DNA from: Mytilus californianus
Lineage: Eukaryota
DNA: 64,000 nt
NCBI RefSeq assembly: GCF_021869535.1
Contig: NW_026262700.1
Location: 682,001-746,000 of the forward strand
Reading direction: 5' to 3'
Positions 10,864 to 23,125 of this stretch are shown here, in pieces (position 1 is the first letter of the stretch; each line of letters opens with the position of its first letter). The notes below the pieces were generated by a model that worked only from the letters and a program-made list of their open reading frames with translations, did no database searches and had not been told where the DNA came from. A program made the position numbers and the translations under genes.

Positions 10864-12815
10864 TGGTCAGTGTAATTTTTTCCTGTTGATGAATGTAAGT
10901 CAGGACAGTCCCGTTGTATATGTCCAAACTGGTGACAGAAATAGCAAGCCATATTTGCTAATTTTTCAGGTGGAATAGGTCCCCAGCGCCTTTTAAATGG
11001 TGATTGTCGCTGATTATCTTGTCTATTATCCTTGTTACGCCATTGTTGGCGATTACCTTGCTTTTGCTGGCTGGACTTCATTTTGTGCAGGAAACTGTTT
11101 TGCCTGTTGTTGTTTTTGAAGCTGCTGTTTAAGGTCTCCTATTTCCTGTTGATGAAATGCTTCCATAGCAGTCATCTTCTCTAGCAATGTTTCCATTTGT
11201 TTAGACAATTCAGACTTTGTGTCTGTCTTATCAATGGCGTGAACAGCTAGGTCGCTATCATAAGCACTTGGTTCATCCTGATTTGGTGTTGGGTCACGTC
11301 TACCGGTTGGTTTACAAAATATAGCTGTGTGGTTATGTTGGAACCATTTTATCTGGTCAATTGCTGCTTCAACAGATGTTGACCAGCTTCTTTATCTGAG
11401 CATCCCTGGCATATTTTCCAGATAGCTTGTGTATACATATAACTGTCGGGAAGATTTCGGAATGCTTTACAGGCTAACGAGAGAACTCGGTCTGCCCAAA
11501 CTTCCAATTTCTCATTTGTATGTTGTCGTGCACTCATGAACTGAACTTGCAACGTCTCTGGCAAGTCTTGAAAATTGAACCTTTTCTCTATTTTGTGAAT
11601 TAATTCAAAGTAATCCACACCTTGGTCTCTATCCAGTAAATTTGCATAGTAATCACCTGCTTTACCATGTAAACACCAACACAGTTGGTCTTTTCGTTCC
11701 GTGGTAGTCCACGATAAACGATCAGCATACCTATGAAACTTGGTGTAAAAAGTTTTCCAACTTGAGGAACCATCATACTTCAGTCCTTTAGGTATTTCTA
11801 GGTTCTTTGATTTTGGCTTTGCTGGAGGCATTAATTGCGGCGACTCTTCATAACTTAAATATGGTCTTGGAGGGTACATATTTCTGTTTATTGTAGAAGA
11901 GTATGTTGGATTTGGTGTTCTCAAGGAATATACTGGTTCCCTAAATATTTCTGGTGAAGGTATTCTGCGACGGATTTCAGGTGAAGGTATTCTGCGTCGG
12001 ATTTCTGGTGAACGTATATGTCATTCTACCTGTTGACGACGTCTTGGGACTGGGACTGGCCTTTCTGATCTAGGTTCATGCTCGTTGGGTCCTTGCTGCC
12101 ATCCCAATTTTGATGTCTGCTGTTGTGTATGTTGGTTACGTGAATAATCACGTTTTTCAATGTTTTCCTCAACATTTAATCTGATACTTGGTTTCGTGTA
12201 CCCTAATTCATCTGTTCTATGAATTTTGTCTGGCTTAAACTGTCGATCAATTGAAAAATCTTGAACTTTATCCTGGTCATCATACTTAGTTTGTAGTAAT
12301 GGTTTTCTTTCATCAGGTCTTGACAATTTTGTTGAATACTGGTGGTCCCCATACTGCAAAGTGTAATTTAATGGCTTGCTCATCGCTGAACTGGGACGTG
12401 ATAACTCACGTTTGACTTCCTCAGGCTCAGGTTTAAGCAAACATTCATCAGAAGGTGTGTCAGAATCTGAAAAGTCATTGATTTCTGCTTCTCGTCTTGC
12501 ATATTCCGAATGAAATCCAGATGTTTTAACTTCACCATAATCAACATAGTCTTGTAAATCATAACTTGACTGAGTCCGTGATTTGTATTCTTGTAGCTGT
12601 GTAACTGGTGTAAAATCTATCAAATCCATCAAAGTTTCATTAAGTCGTAGTCTTGGTATTTCAGAAAGATGCTCAAACTGAATATTACCATATGTCTCTC
12701 TCAAAGAGATAATCTTGTCAGGTGTGACATTTCCAACACCAGGAAACAATAATAATTCTTCATAAGTACAGGTATTAATCTTTGTACGCTCCTTCTGAAA
12801 AGCTAAGTCTGCCAT
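10839..12815 (-). pseudogene. gag: Gypsy gag with N-terminal helix-hairpin-helix, capsid-like region and CCHC knuckle
   Basis: ORFs 12021..12815, 11349..11924 and 10839..11081 (CYFCHQFGHIQRDCP); one in-frame stop at 12021 and a frameshift near 11375. Confidence 0.85.
11948..12012 (-). repeat. 27-bp coding tandem repeat (SPEIRRRIP x2.4) in gag
   Basis: atttctggtgaaggtattctgcgacgg repeated on the plus strand. Confidence 0.85.
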
Positions 12816-13191
12816 TATGTTATGATAACAAAATACAATTCAATTAATTCACTGGTTGCTGAACCAGAAAAAAAAATTATGTGTATGTGCTATGTTGCTA
12901 ACTACAGAAAAAAAACCGACCAATTTTTCCGAAAATGGCTAATTTTCTCCAATTTGCTCTGATAACGGCTAATCTGTCTAATTTCTACACTAAACGGCTA
13001 ATTTTAGCAAAACGTGAAACGATTCTCGAAAATCAATTTGTAAACACTGTAATTAACGCAAGTTTTTATGCTTAAATTATTTCCGTGTTCAAACACTTCA
13101 TAATATACCAAATATAGCAATACGAACTTCGCAATTAAACGTGACGTTCTCACTTCTGTTTCTCGATTCAAATCGTCTTTTCAACACAGGA

Positions 13192-13212
13192 AACCCTGCT
13201 CGCCAAGCGCCA
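13192..13212 (-). promoter_or_regulatory. Primer binding site, tRNA-Ser-like
   Basis: TGGCGCTTGGCGAGCAGGGTT immediately inside the LTR end; resembles the complement of a tRNA-Ser(UGA) 3' end (TGGCGCAGCGAGCAGGGTT, from memory) with a small indel. Confidence 0.7.
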
Positions 13213-13213
13213 G

Positions 13214-13490
13214 TGATGTGATTTCCGAGTATTATCACTCAATACTAATACTACTAATACAATTCAACGCCTCTAATTGTACTTACTTACCAAATATCCT
13301 CTGATAATATATTATTCGTTGCGTCCTTATTCCCGCCAATACGCCAACTCTCGTTATCTGGTAACTATCTGAGATCTTATCCTGAGCTGGGTAGTTTACC
13401 ATGGATCATTCCGGGAACCGGGCTACGCCGTATATCTAACTACCGTACTGTCTACATAGTACTGTCACGTCCATTATACTATATTACACA
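13214..13490 (-). repeat. 5' LTR of the Gypsy element (~275 bp)
   Basis: TG...CA termini; bounded by the PBS on one side and LINE RT codons (GFRQGRSTLDNLVRFESF) on the other. Ends uncertain by 2-3 bp. Confidence 0.7.
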
Positions 13491-14430
13491 ACAGTTCATT
13501 TTTCGAAAAACCATTACGGACAAATGATTCGAATCTAACAAGATTATCAAGAGTACTGCGACCCTGTCGGAATCCACACTAGATATTGGCTAATACCCCA
13601 TTTGATTGATTGATTGATTGTTGGTTGCTTAACGTTCAGTGGCAAATATTTCATGCATATTCAGGACGAGAACAAATTAACAATGAACACAATAGGTAGG
13701 TTCTGTAATAGGGGCTTCCGGGATCAAGGTCGGAGAAATTTAGACTGCCACGGGAAATGAGGGTATATTGGATAGGGACAGAAATTTAGCCTTGCAACAG
13801 GTCACCTACGGACCCCTCAAAGAGGTGTTGCAAGGGTTCTTAACGTGCAAAGATACCCCATTTGATTCCAGGAACCAAACAAGGCGATAATTGACCATCC
13901 GTTCTAGTTTTACAGACACAACTGGTAAGAGCAATTGGTCAATAATTAATAGGATCTGTGTTATCTTTACTTGGTTTTGGAATAGGCACGACGGTTGCAA
14001 GCTTCCAAATTGATGATAAATCACCTGATTCCTAGATGTTATTCATGAGATGCAAAAGAGCTTCCAGCGAGGAATCTGGCAAGTGTTTTAAGAGTTGATA
14101 CTTAATATTATCAGGCCCACAAGCTGTATCATGGGCTTTTGACAGAGATGTTTTAAGTTCTTCCAGAGAAAAGAGTTTTATTTATAATTTTCATCATTTT
14201 TCGATTTGAAGTTCAATTTCATTTTTCCTTTGGTTTTTTTTTTAATAACTTTTTTAAAATCTTCCCTGTAGTTGCTAGAAGAAGAAGATTTCGCAAACGT
14301 TTCACCAAGCTTGTTGGCAATATCTTTTTCAGATGTTAATAAATTATTGCCATCTTTCAAATGTTTTAGCTTGGCTTTAGAATTTTTACCTTTTGTATCA
14401 TGTTCCATACTTTTGTCATCGGAGTGCAAG
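13491..14430 (-). pseudogene. LINE ORF2 linker and RT N-terminal half
   Basis: ACGPDNI.YQLLKHLP, WKLATVVPIPKP, NY.PIALTSCVCK, RLVWFLESNGV, CGFRQGRST. Confidence 0.85.
13608..13852 (-). mobile_element. SINE-like element, 5'-truncated, 15-bp TSD
   Basis: TSD ataccccatttgatt at 13593-13607 and 13853-13867. Confidence 0.9.
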
Positions 14431-14586
14431 ATGTTTTGCCCTAGACAATTTTTTTCTAAGAAGTCCGCCGCGCGAAGAATACGGAAATTACTAAAATTTT
14501 AAACCATGGTTTGCTGGGATGTTTCGGATTTGCCAATGTCTTAGGAATTGTTCTGTCAGCAATTGACTTTAAAACTGTGTTAAAAG

Positions 14587-15435
14587 TTAAAATGGGATCT
14601 TGAACAGTCTCAAACAAGGGCCAGTCCGCCTTCTCGAGTTTCCAACGTGGAATCTCTGCTGAGCAGAAGTAAAAAGATGTTCAAGAATTATTGGGAAGTG
14701 ATCACTTTCACATAGATCATCATGGACACGCCATGAATAATCCAGAAGAAGAGACGGATCGCAAATAGTGATATCAATAGCAGAATAAGACCCGTTTCCA
14801 GGGTGGAGATAAATATTAGATCCATGATTGAAAATGCATAGTCCTTCTTGTGAGACAAAGTCTTCAATGATCTTACCTTTGTCATTATGAGACTTGCTTC
14901 CCCACAAGGGATTGTGAGCATAAAACCATGGTTTAAAGACTCCCATAAGTATAAAATTGAAAACAATACGTTTAATAATTTCATGCGTCCGAAGGGCTTT
15001 TCTGGATTTACCTTCATCAGGAACGCTCAATGCCAAACATTTGAAATCCGAGGGATGTATAAGTATAAAAGGTGAAGGTAATTGATCAGTAAGGTTTTGG
15101 AGTTTAGCTTTATCTATATTTGAATAAGTAGGAATATATATAGAACATAATGTAATTGTTTTATCCAATGATAAACGAATTGCGACTGCCTGCAGATCTG
15201 TGGTGAGTTGGACTGTGCTATGAATGACGTTGTCCTTCACACAAATGGTTGACCCGCCTGCAGCACGTTGAAAATGTGCTATAAATGTTGTATCCTTTTA
15301 AAGATACATTATCACTCTCTTTTAAATGAGTTCCTTGAAGACAAAATGCAATAGGTATAAAAGTCTGAACTAGAAGCGTTAACTCAGATGATTTATTTTA
15401 AGACCTCGGCAATTCCATTGTATGATATCTGTCAT
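14587..15435 (-). pseudogene. LINE ORF2 apurinic-like endonuclease
   Basis: MTDIIQWNCRGL, CLQ.THL, SIYIP, interrupted GDFNAH.PLWGS, YSAIDITIC, SDHFPI. Confidence 0.9.
14957..15058 (-). ncRNA. 102-bp insertion carrying a minimal type I hammerhead ribozyme variant
   Basis: Minus strand gcgttc CTGATGA a gg-taaat-cc a GAAA agccct TC ggacgc; 12-bp TSD ataagtataaaa at 14945-14956 and 15059-15070. Confidence 0.65.
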
Positions 15436-16410
15436 AGTTTATGAATAGAAGGACGAATGTTATCGAGTTTGCCAGCATTTGTACTTCGATCACCTTGAGA
15501 TTGTGATCTTTCTGGGTGGCACAACACTTTCGAGCCCATTTCTGATAAATCATTGAGTAAGGTAAATCTATTTTGTGAGGAGAGTCCTCGATCTCCTTGA
15601 ATAGACGGAGCTGATGTTACTCCGCCTCGAACTCCACCCCGCGACCTCCTTTCAGAAGACTTCTAAGAAGGCGGATTTGCTGGCGTTTTGGAGATACTAT
15701 TCTTTTCTGGAGAACGAAGAGGAGACAAGGCTTTTGTAGACTTTGTACGAGATGCAGGAGATGAACTAGAAGACGCTTTATTAGACGTAGATATAGTATG
15801 ACTATTTAAGACGAATGAATTATCGGGAAGATCCCAGACAGACCCAGTGCCCCAACTGTCTGATACAACCACATCTGATTTACTTGATTTCTTTTTTTCA
15901 TTTTCTTAGGTGATGACATTGAGCTCTGTGAGGAAGATTGAGTTGACTGAGTACTGGTTTTAGAAGGTTTTGGTTTTCTTGGAATAATTATTTTATCGGA
16001 AGTTTCTAATTGAACAGGCAACATTATAAAAGTTTCAGCATCAATTGGCCAGTTCATGCGAGTTTGTGTATTCTCGTGACTGAATGAGCCGCCAACTTTG
16101 CTGGCGTACGATGGTTTGTTCGAAACTAGAGGATCATTCGAAACAGAAGCTATCTTTTTAGCCTCTGGGTAACTGATATTTCTTTCTGTTTTAATTTTAA
16201 TAATATTGTTTTCTTTAAGGTAAACAGGGCAGTCACTAGATGATGAAAAATGGGACTCACCACAGTTTATGCATTTAGAAGATTCAGAGCAACAGGTTGT
16301 TCCCTCGTGTCCTTCATCAGAACACTTGAAGCATCTCTGCGTACCACAATATTGTTTGGTTCCATGACCAAACTTTTGACAAGTGAAGCATTGAATTGGG
16401 TTACGGAAAA

Positions 16411-16591
16411 ACCTACGGTGGCACTCTCTTTACACGAGGCATCGGATTTAACGTCCCCATTCTGACTGGACGTGGCTGCAAATTTGTAAATCCCGCATAG
16501 CCAAACGGACGCCCCACTTTAGCAAGGGTTTTACTGCCGGTCGGAGGAAGACAATGGTGACCATACTTCTATTCCCCAGTCACCCTTGGGG
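16411..16591 (-). mobile_element. SINE-like element, 5' half only
   Basis: gtggcactctc...cagtcacccttgggg; the 3' half is lost together with part of LINE ORF1. Confidence 0.85.
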
Positions 16592-16715
16592 AACACCTTG
16601 GCTTGAAAGTTCCTCACAGATTTCTTCCACGGTAAGGTCACCAACGTATTGACTTCTGTCTCGAATTATCCCCTTACAGCTGTTCAAACTGTTGTGAGGA
16701 GAGGCAGAAACAGGA

Positions 16716-17105
16716 TAAATAATTCATGCATATTCAGGACGAAAACAAATTAACAACAAATACAATAGGTAGGTTCTGTAATAGGGGAGTCCGGGGTTAA
16801 GGTCGGCATAATTTAGACTGCTACGGGAAATGAGGGAATATTGGATAGGGACAGAAATTTAGCCTTGCAACAGGTCACCTACGGACCCCTCAAAGAGTTG
16901 TTGCCAGGGTTCTCAACGTGCTAAGAGCGTGGCACTTTCTTTACACGAGGCATCGGATTTAACGTCCCGTTCTAACCGGAAGTGGCTGCAAATTTGTACA
17001 TCCCGCACAGCTAAACGGACGCCCCACTTTAGCAAGGGTTTTACTGCCGGTCGGAGGAAGACCAATGGTCACCATACTTCTATTCCCCAGTCACCCTTGG
17101 GGGTC
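16716..17105 (-). mobile_element. SINE-like element lacking its 3' tail but with a 13-bp TSD
   Basis: TSD ggcagaaacagga at 16703-16715 and 17106-17118. Confidence 0.9.
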
Positions 17106-17859
17106 GGCAGAAACAGGAAAGTTTGTAATTGTTTTCATTGTAAGCAAATTGTTGATTGACTTTTGTTGGAACATTCAACCAACAAATTCCCTGATCTCAT
17201 TTTTGAAACTTTTTTTAACAGTACCAGCAACGCTTTGAATTTGTTTGTTTATCACAAAGGGAGATATTTTGGAAATTGGCTTTTCATCTGTACCTTTTAC
17301 TACAAATAATCTGGGCTAACTGGCATCTTCCCGACAGGGCACTTAATCATCACATTTTCTTTTTTTGTGTATTAAAGCTGATTAAGAGGGATGGTTTTGA
17401 TGTGCCATAAAAAAAGAGAAAGGTTCGCCATTCTGGTCATCCACCCACCTCGGGAGTGCCTACAAGGGCGCTGCTGTGTTTCCGTGGCGAGCCGGGGTCA
17501 AGTGCTAATGACGAAAAAGAGCTTCAAGTATAATGTAGCTCTTCTCCAAATTAAGCACCCAAGATCCACTGCGGAAAGCACCAGATGTTCCAAGAATAGT
17601 ATACTCAATCAGAGCGTTTCCATCAAACGAAATAGAAAACGTACAACTTGACTGACCCATGAGCCATCGCCTTCGTCAGTGATCCGAAATATAAATAGCT
17701 TAATTTAAATACATGTGTATATACTGACAGTTGTTACAAGAAAGCTTATTGTTGGGGATTGACTGAAGGGCTCGGAATGACCAGCCGATTGATCGGACCG
17801 GGTCCATCAGACCTCCCGTTTAGATAATATCGGAGCCAAAGTAGCTTATTCAACAATAG

Positions 17860-18134
17860 CCGATGCCTCGTGTAAAGAGAGTGCCACGCTCTTTGCACGT
17901 TAAGAACCCTTGCAACAACTCTTTGAGGGGTCCGAAGGTGACCTGTTGCAAGGCTAAATTTCTGTCCCTATCAAATATACCCTCATTTCCCGTGGCAGTC
18001 TAAATTTCTCCGACCATAATCCCTTAATCTATTACAGAACCTACCTATTGTATTTATTGTGAACTTGTTCTCGTCCTGAATATGCATGAAATATTTGCCA
18101 CTGGACGTTAAGCAACCAACAATCAATCAATCAA
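17860..18134 (+). mobile_element. SINE-like element, 5'-truncated
   Basis: ccgatgcctcgtg...(caat)n. Confidence 0.9.
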
Positions 18135-18529
18135 TATATACATAATATTTATGTTCCATGAATTTTAGGCGCAATTACTACTTAAGTAAGCCGCCTACCA
18201 AAACCAATAACAACAACTGTATTTTTTTAGGAAAACAAAAGATTAGAAAATAAGAAGTTTCTAGAAGAGACTATTATTTGTCTTCAAAAAGAGAAGGATA
18301 CATTGCTTAAAGCTCTTGGATGCAACCAATTACAACACTGATAAAAAGTGACCACGGAACTTGTATATCACACAACATGCCTCGTATTTGAAGTGAATGT
18401 GAAAACCACGTTTTGTATATGATAGTAAAGACATCAAATCAAACTATAGAAGTTCACCATTTGGGATGTCTTTGGAAAATGTAAGAAGTGGGTCAGACCT
18501 TGTTTGAATTAAGGTACGCTTGAAAAGAG

Positions 18530-18802
18530 ATGTTTTGGACAGTCGAAGAAATGGCAATTGTGGCAAACAAATATGTGGAATATAATTACGTCTCAGTTTC
18601 TGACATGGACAATTTGTCTCTAGATGAAATACGAGAGGAGGAAATGCCATACGGCAATCCAAATGTTTATACCTGGGATGTAGCTTCGTTCCTGTTGTCC
18701 GTTTTATTGGCAAGAGGGGGAACAAGGAGCAGTGAGCTGAAAGGGATGACAGAAGAGGATGCTATTGCCCATCCTTTTAAACAAATTGGATATTCGGTAT
18801 GA
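18530..18802 (+). pseudogene. Possible tyrosine-recombinase-like exon fragment
   Basis: LLARGGTRSSELKGMTEED resembles the YR box I pattern G.R..E...LT..D; candidate donor cg|gtatga near 18797. Confidence 0.3.
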
Positions 18803-18848
18803 TAGACTTGTTGAATATTTTTCCCCCAATATTAACATAAACATGTTG

Positions 18849-19276
18849 ATTGATTGATTGATTGTTGGTTGCCTAACGTCCAGTGGCAAATATTTCATGC
18901 ATATTCAGGACGAGAACAAATTAACAATAAATACAATAGTTAGGTTCTGTAAAAGGGGCGTCCGGGATTAAGGTCGGAGAAATTTAGACTGCCACGGGAA
19001 ATGAGGGTATATTTGATAGGGACAGAAATTTAGCCTTGCAACAGGTCACCTACGGACCCCTCAAAGAGTTGTTGCAAGGGTTCTTAACGTGCAAAGAGCG
19101 TGGCACTCTCTTTACACGAGGCATCGGATTTAACGTCCCCATTCTGACCGGACGTGGCTGCAAATTTGTACATCCCGCACAGCCAAACGGACGCCGCACT
19201 TTAGCAAGGGTTTTACTGCCGGTCAGAGGAAGACCAATGGTGACCATACTTCTATTCCCCAGTCACCCTTGGGGGT
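18849..19276 (-). mobile_element. SINE-like element, full length
   Basis: 12-bp TSD with one mismatch, ataaacatg(t/c)tg, at 18837-18848 and 19277-19288. Confidence 0.9.
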
Positions 19277-20004
19277 ATAAACATGCTGTCATTGTCTTGA
19301 AATATTGAAAATTATTTTTAGAGTGGTCATTTTTCCTGACAGGAAGCAGATTTAGAAGTCAATTTTGTTTTTAAACTGGACAGTAACACATTATATTTAT
19401 TTTACAGATAACCATTGAATTAAGGTTATTGTCTCAATTAAAATGCAACCTACTAGTACGTTGTGCTTGTGAGTAATATTCCCTAGAGAACACTATGCTA
19501 TGACTATCATTTTATCAAGGGAACCGCTATCATTACATATGCAAAATATTAACATGACATGTATTACTACATAACCTTACATGAAGCATAACAATATATG
19601 TCATTTAAATATCAGAAAGTGGATAGTTGGTGATATAGATATACCCTTATGATGTTTAATGAGAAAAATTGATATATCTATAGAACATTTTGTTTAGAAA
19701 TGACAAAAGTATAACAATATTTTCTTTTTATAATTTTCTTCAGATTACTATCCTAGGATTGATGGGTTTTGAGTCCGTGATGGTTGACTCAAGAGAACAT
19801 GAAAATCCCCACTTGTTTGGTACCAACAAAGGACTCGAGTACATTGGACAACGAGAATTTCAGGAAATCAGTGTTTGGTATGTTTATGAGTTTACCTTTA
19901 TCACTAGACTTCTGAACCATTTTCAACAATGAAGTTCATCTTGTATTACTAGTTACTATATATATATATATATATACAAAGCACAAAAATAGTCATAAAA
20001 ACTA

Positions 20005-20440
20005 TGTTTATGCTCCACCTACGATAGTAGAGGGACATTATGTTTTCTGGTCTGTTAGTCCGCTCGTTCGTCCGTCTGTCCCGTTTCAGGTTAAAGTTTT
20101 TGGTCAAGGTAGTTTTTGATGAAGTTGAAGTCCAATCAACTTGAGACTTAGTACACATGTTCCCTATGATGTGATCTTACTAATCATAATGCCAAATTAG
20201 ATTTTTGACCCCAATTTCACGGTCTACTAAACATAGAAATTGATAGTGCGAGTCATGTTAAAGTTTTTGGTCAAGGTTGTTTTTGATAAAATGAAGTCAG
20301 ATCAACTTGAAACTTAGTATACATGTCTCCTATGATATGATCTCTCTAATTGTAATGCCAAATTAGATTTTGGACCCCAATTTCATGGTCCACTGAACAT
20401 GGAAAATGAAAGTGCGAGTGGGGCATCCGTGTACTTAAGA
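20005..20440 (+). mobile_element. Non-autonomous Helentron/HINE-like (MgE-like) element with two ~165-bp internal units
   Basis: Start tttatgctccacctacgatagtagaggg, a GTCC microsatellite, then tandem units beginning gttaaagtttttggtcaagg. Confidence 0.7.
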
Positions 20441-22236
20441 CCCTTACCTGCCATGACTGCGTTAGTCTGTCAAGCTTCAAAGAGGTACATACTTGGTGTA
20501 CACTGTTACTCCCACTGTATTGAACCAAACATTGTATAACTTTGCATAGTGTTTATATTCAATTTTTAACAAATTGGACAAATTTTCAGCATAGTTTTTC
20601 GAGCTGAGTCACTTGATTTTTGGCTAATATCTACTCCAGCTCAACCCTCTTATGTAACTAAAATCCTAGATGCATCAACAAATAATTGTTAAGAAAACAC
20701 AATTTCAAAGTGATTCGGTACATTAACGGCTTCATGGTGTTTAGCATGTTTATTTTGTAAATTTTAAAGCCTATTTAACTTGAAGATTTTTTAAAAGAAA
20801 AAAAAAATTAAAATCTTTCTCCAACATCCAAACAATTGTCAACAAACTATAAGTGACTTGGTGTCCTGTGCATTGATGCCAACCATTACGGTTTGTCCGT
20901 AATTGTTACGATTTTTTAGCCGAAATTACGGTGTTACGACTACTTTTTTTTTTGTCGTTTAGAAAAGTTGTGATCTTTTTGACGCTTGATTGTATATAAT
21001 TATCGTGGAAGCGTAAGAGTTTGAGTGATTCGGAATATAAAACACTTTCGGGTTTCAGGGGACTTTCTACATGTTAAGATGATTTATCCATTTCTTGTTA
21101 GATTCCGAATAGTTAATGAACGCATTTAAAATTAGTTCCTTTTCCCTAATTTATATTCCCCTGTATTTGCTTTTCAATTGATTTCACGATGTCATCAGCA
21201 GGAACAAGTGCTTCTGCAGTACAGAAAAGAAAATTGGGGCAATGTTACGTCCTCAATATTCCATCGAGTATCATTGTCTTATAAAATCAATTTAGACAGG
21301 AATAGCATAACTGACACCTGCACACGTCCAAATATTTCTGTTTCAACTCAGTCTTCAATAATGGTTCTGAAAACATTCATGACATCTGGAAACAAAAAGT
21401 GCTATGAACACACATAAACAATTGAAAAGTGCTATTAAAGTCAGTACATTTGCCGGAAAGTAAACATCAGTATGTTGATGGTTTTCTGAAACTGAAGATA
21501 CCATGTACTCCAGAATTAGACTTTAGTTATACTATGGGAGGGAGATGGGGGGACATTTCAGGGGAAAAAATGTGTTTTGACGGTAAATTGAAACAGTTAA
21601 TTTGAATTTGTTAAATAAACAAACAGGTATTAAAATAGCCAATTTTTAATTGCGTCTAAAGTCCTTACGTGCTCATCAGCTTTGCATCTAGTTGTCATAT
21701 ATAAAGGAAAACATTTGGCCGTCACTTTGCATCTAGTTGTTTATAGTATGATTCTTGTAAAAAAAAATTGAATTACTGTGATTACTAAATATAATCACAA
21801 ATTACTGCAATCTCAAATTTTATTTACTGATTGCACCACAAAGGGGTTGGCATCTATGCCTGTGACTTTTTGTCCTATCAAATTTGCGATTTTCTGTCCG
21901 TTTAGCCATTCCAACGAGACAAATTTGGAGACACGTCAATTTATTACACAATCTGTTAAGTCGAGTTGTAGAATATATTTTTTTCAAAATCGGTCACATT
22001 TAACCGTTCAAGAATAACGCAGCACGTGTCAACATAGCACTTCCATGTTTTGTGTCTTTTCATGTAATAGATTAACAAAAAGGTATATCTTCCTTTTGAA
22101 ATTTATCTCCGAAGTTACCTTCATACAGACATACACATATCAAGAACGACTGAAAGTTGCATTATACTTCTTACAATTTCTAAACTTATATTCTTAATTA
22201 CACATGTTTGTGAGATACGACTAGGGAAGTTTTTAA

Positions 22237-22296
22237 TATCTTAAGTAAATCTCACGAGATGTGACGAGAACCCTCTTTCTGGTCGCAGTTACCGGC
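22237..22296 (+). repeat. Split direct repeat A1
   Basis: tatcttaagtaaatctcacgagatgtgacgagaaccctc...ccggc recurs at 35385. Confidence 0.95.
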
Positions 22297-23125
22297 CTAG
22301 CTGGACGTGTTCTATTCTCTCTCATAGAAGCCAGTGTTTTCCACTTTGTAGTGTTGCAGTGGCAACTCTAAGTTTAGGTTGGTAATTTAATTTTTTATTT
22401 TGGTACAACAGTTAGGAGGTATAGCCGGAAACTGTTTGGGATAATGTTAATTTAACTTGTTTTAACCTTTTAGTGAAGTTTGCCGTTTGAACGGTGTGTT
22501 TTTGTTGCTTTTAATTTATAGTTGGTCTGCCACGTGCGACTATAAATGTTAAATATGGTATCTTTTACTATTTTGTGAACGGACTAGAATATTAAAAGGT
22601 TATTATTTACTGAATTCAGGTTATTTGGTAACTTATTCGAGTTGACCTTTTTTGGCGGTAAAATTAGTGCGTTGCTGCACAATGTGAGATTTGAAATTCA
22701 TGTGGTTTTATCTTTGGAGAAGGTAGACGGACATTTTGAAAGATATATATTTTTAAAAAAAGGCTTGTTTGCTTGTTTTAATTTTTAATTTCTAACAGTG
22801 GGAAATATTAGCAATTTTTTAACGACCGTTGAGGTTGCAGCCCGTATGGTATTTGGGCGTATTGTGATTAGACGTATGTGTGTAGTGTGTTATTTTGTCG
22901 GCAGCATGGTCTGCCTACAATATTTGTCGATGATTGGGAAAATTGTAAGTTATAACACCTCATATATTTTAGTTGAAAGGCTATTTGACTCCACACATAA
23001 GACTTTGTTTTACAGTTCTACTGTAGGTTCGTTAAGTTTTTTAAAAACAGGTGTATTTTCTTTGGAAATTGTATTTTAATGCCGATTTATTTATATTCGG
23101 TAATTTTCTATTTTAGCATTTAATT

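Larger units (their letters stand above)
6170..13490 (-). mobile_element. Ty3/Gypsy LTR retrotransposon; 3' LTR not found
   Basis: 5' LTR, PBS, gag (CCHC), protease, RT-RH-IN order and a PHD tail; inserted inside the LINE RT coding sequence. Confidence 0.95.
15440..17408 (-). pseudogene. LINE ORF1 (gag-like, zinc knuckles)
   Basis: ISKISPFVINK, RSGNLLVEC, PHNSLNSCKGII, CFTCQKFGH, KCINCGESH...DCP..KE..I..IK...ISYPEA. Confidence 0.8.
4174..17410 (-). mobile_element. I/Nimb-clade LINE (ORF1, APE, RT, RNase H), fragmented by nested insertions
   Basis: Collinear minus-strand pieces: ORF1 15440-17408, endonuclease 14587-15435, RT N-half 13491-14430, RT C-half 5279-6165, RNase H 4174-4780. Confidence 0.85.

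Noticed and set aside
13870-14180. Extension of the Gypsy LTR beyond the SINE
   Set aside because: It translates as the LINE RT N-terminus.
19036-19308. Recurrent 60-110 aa ORFs (MVTIGLPPTG..., MLQGFLTCKERG...)
   Set aside because: They are incidental open frames on both strands of the SINE copies; stops and frames vary between copies.
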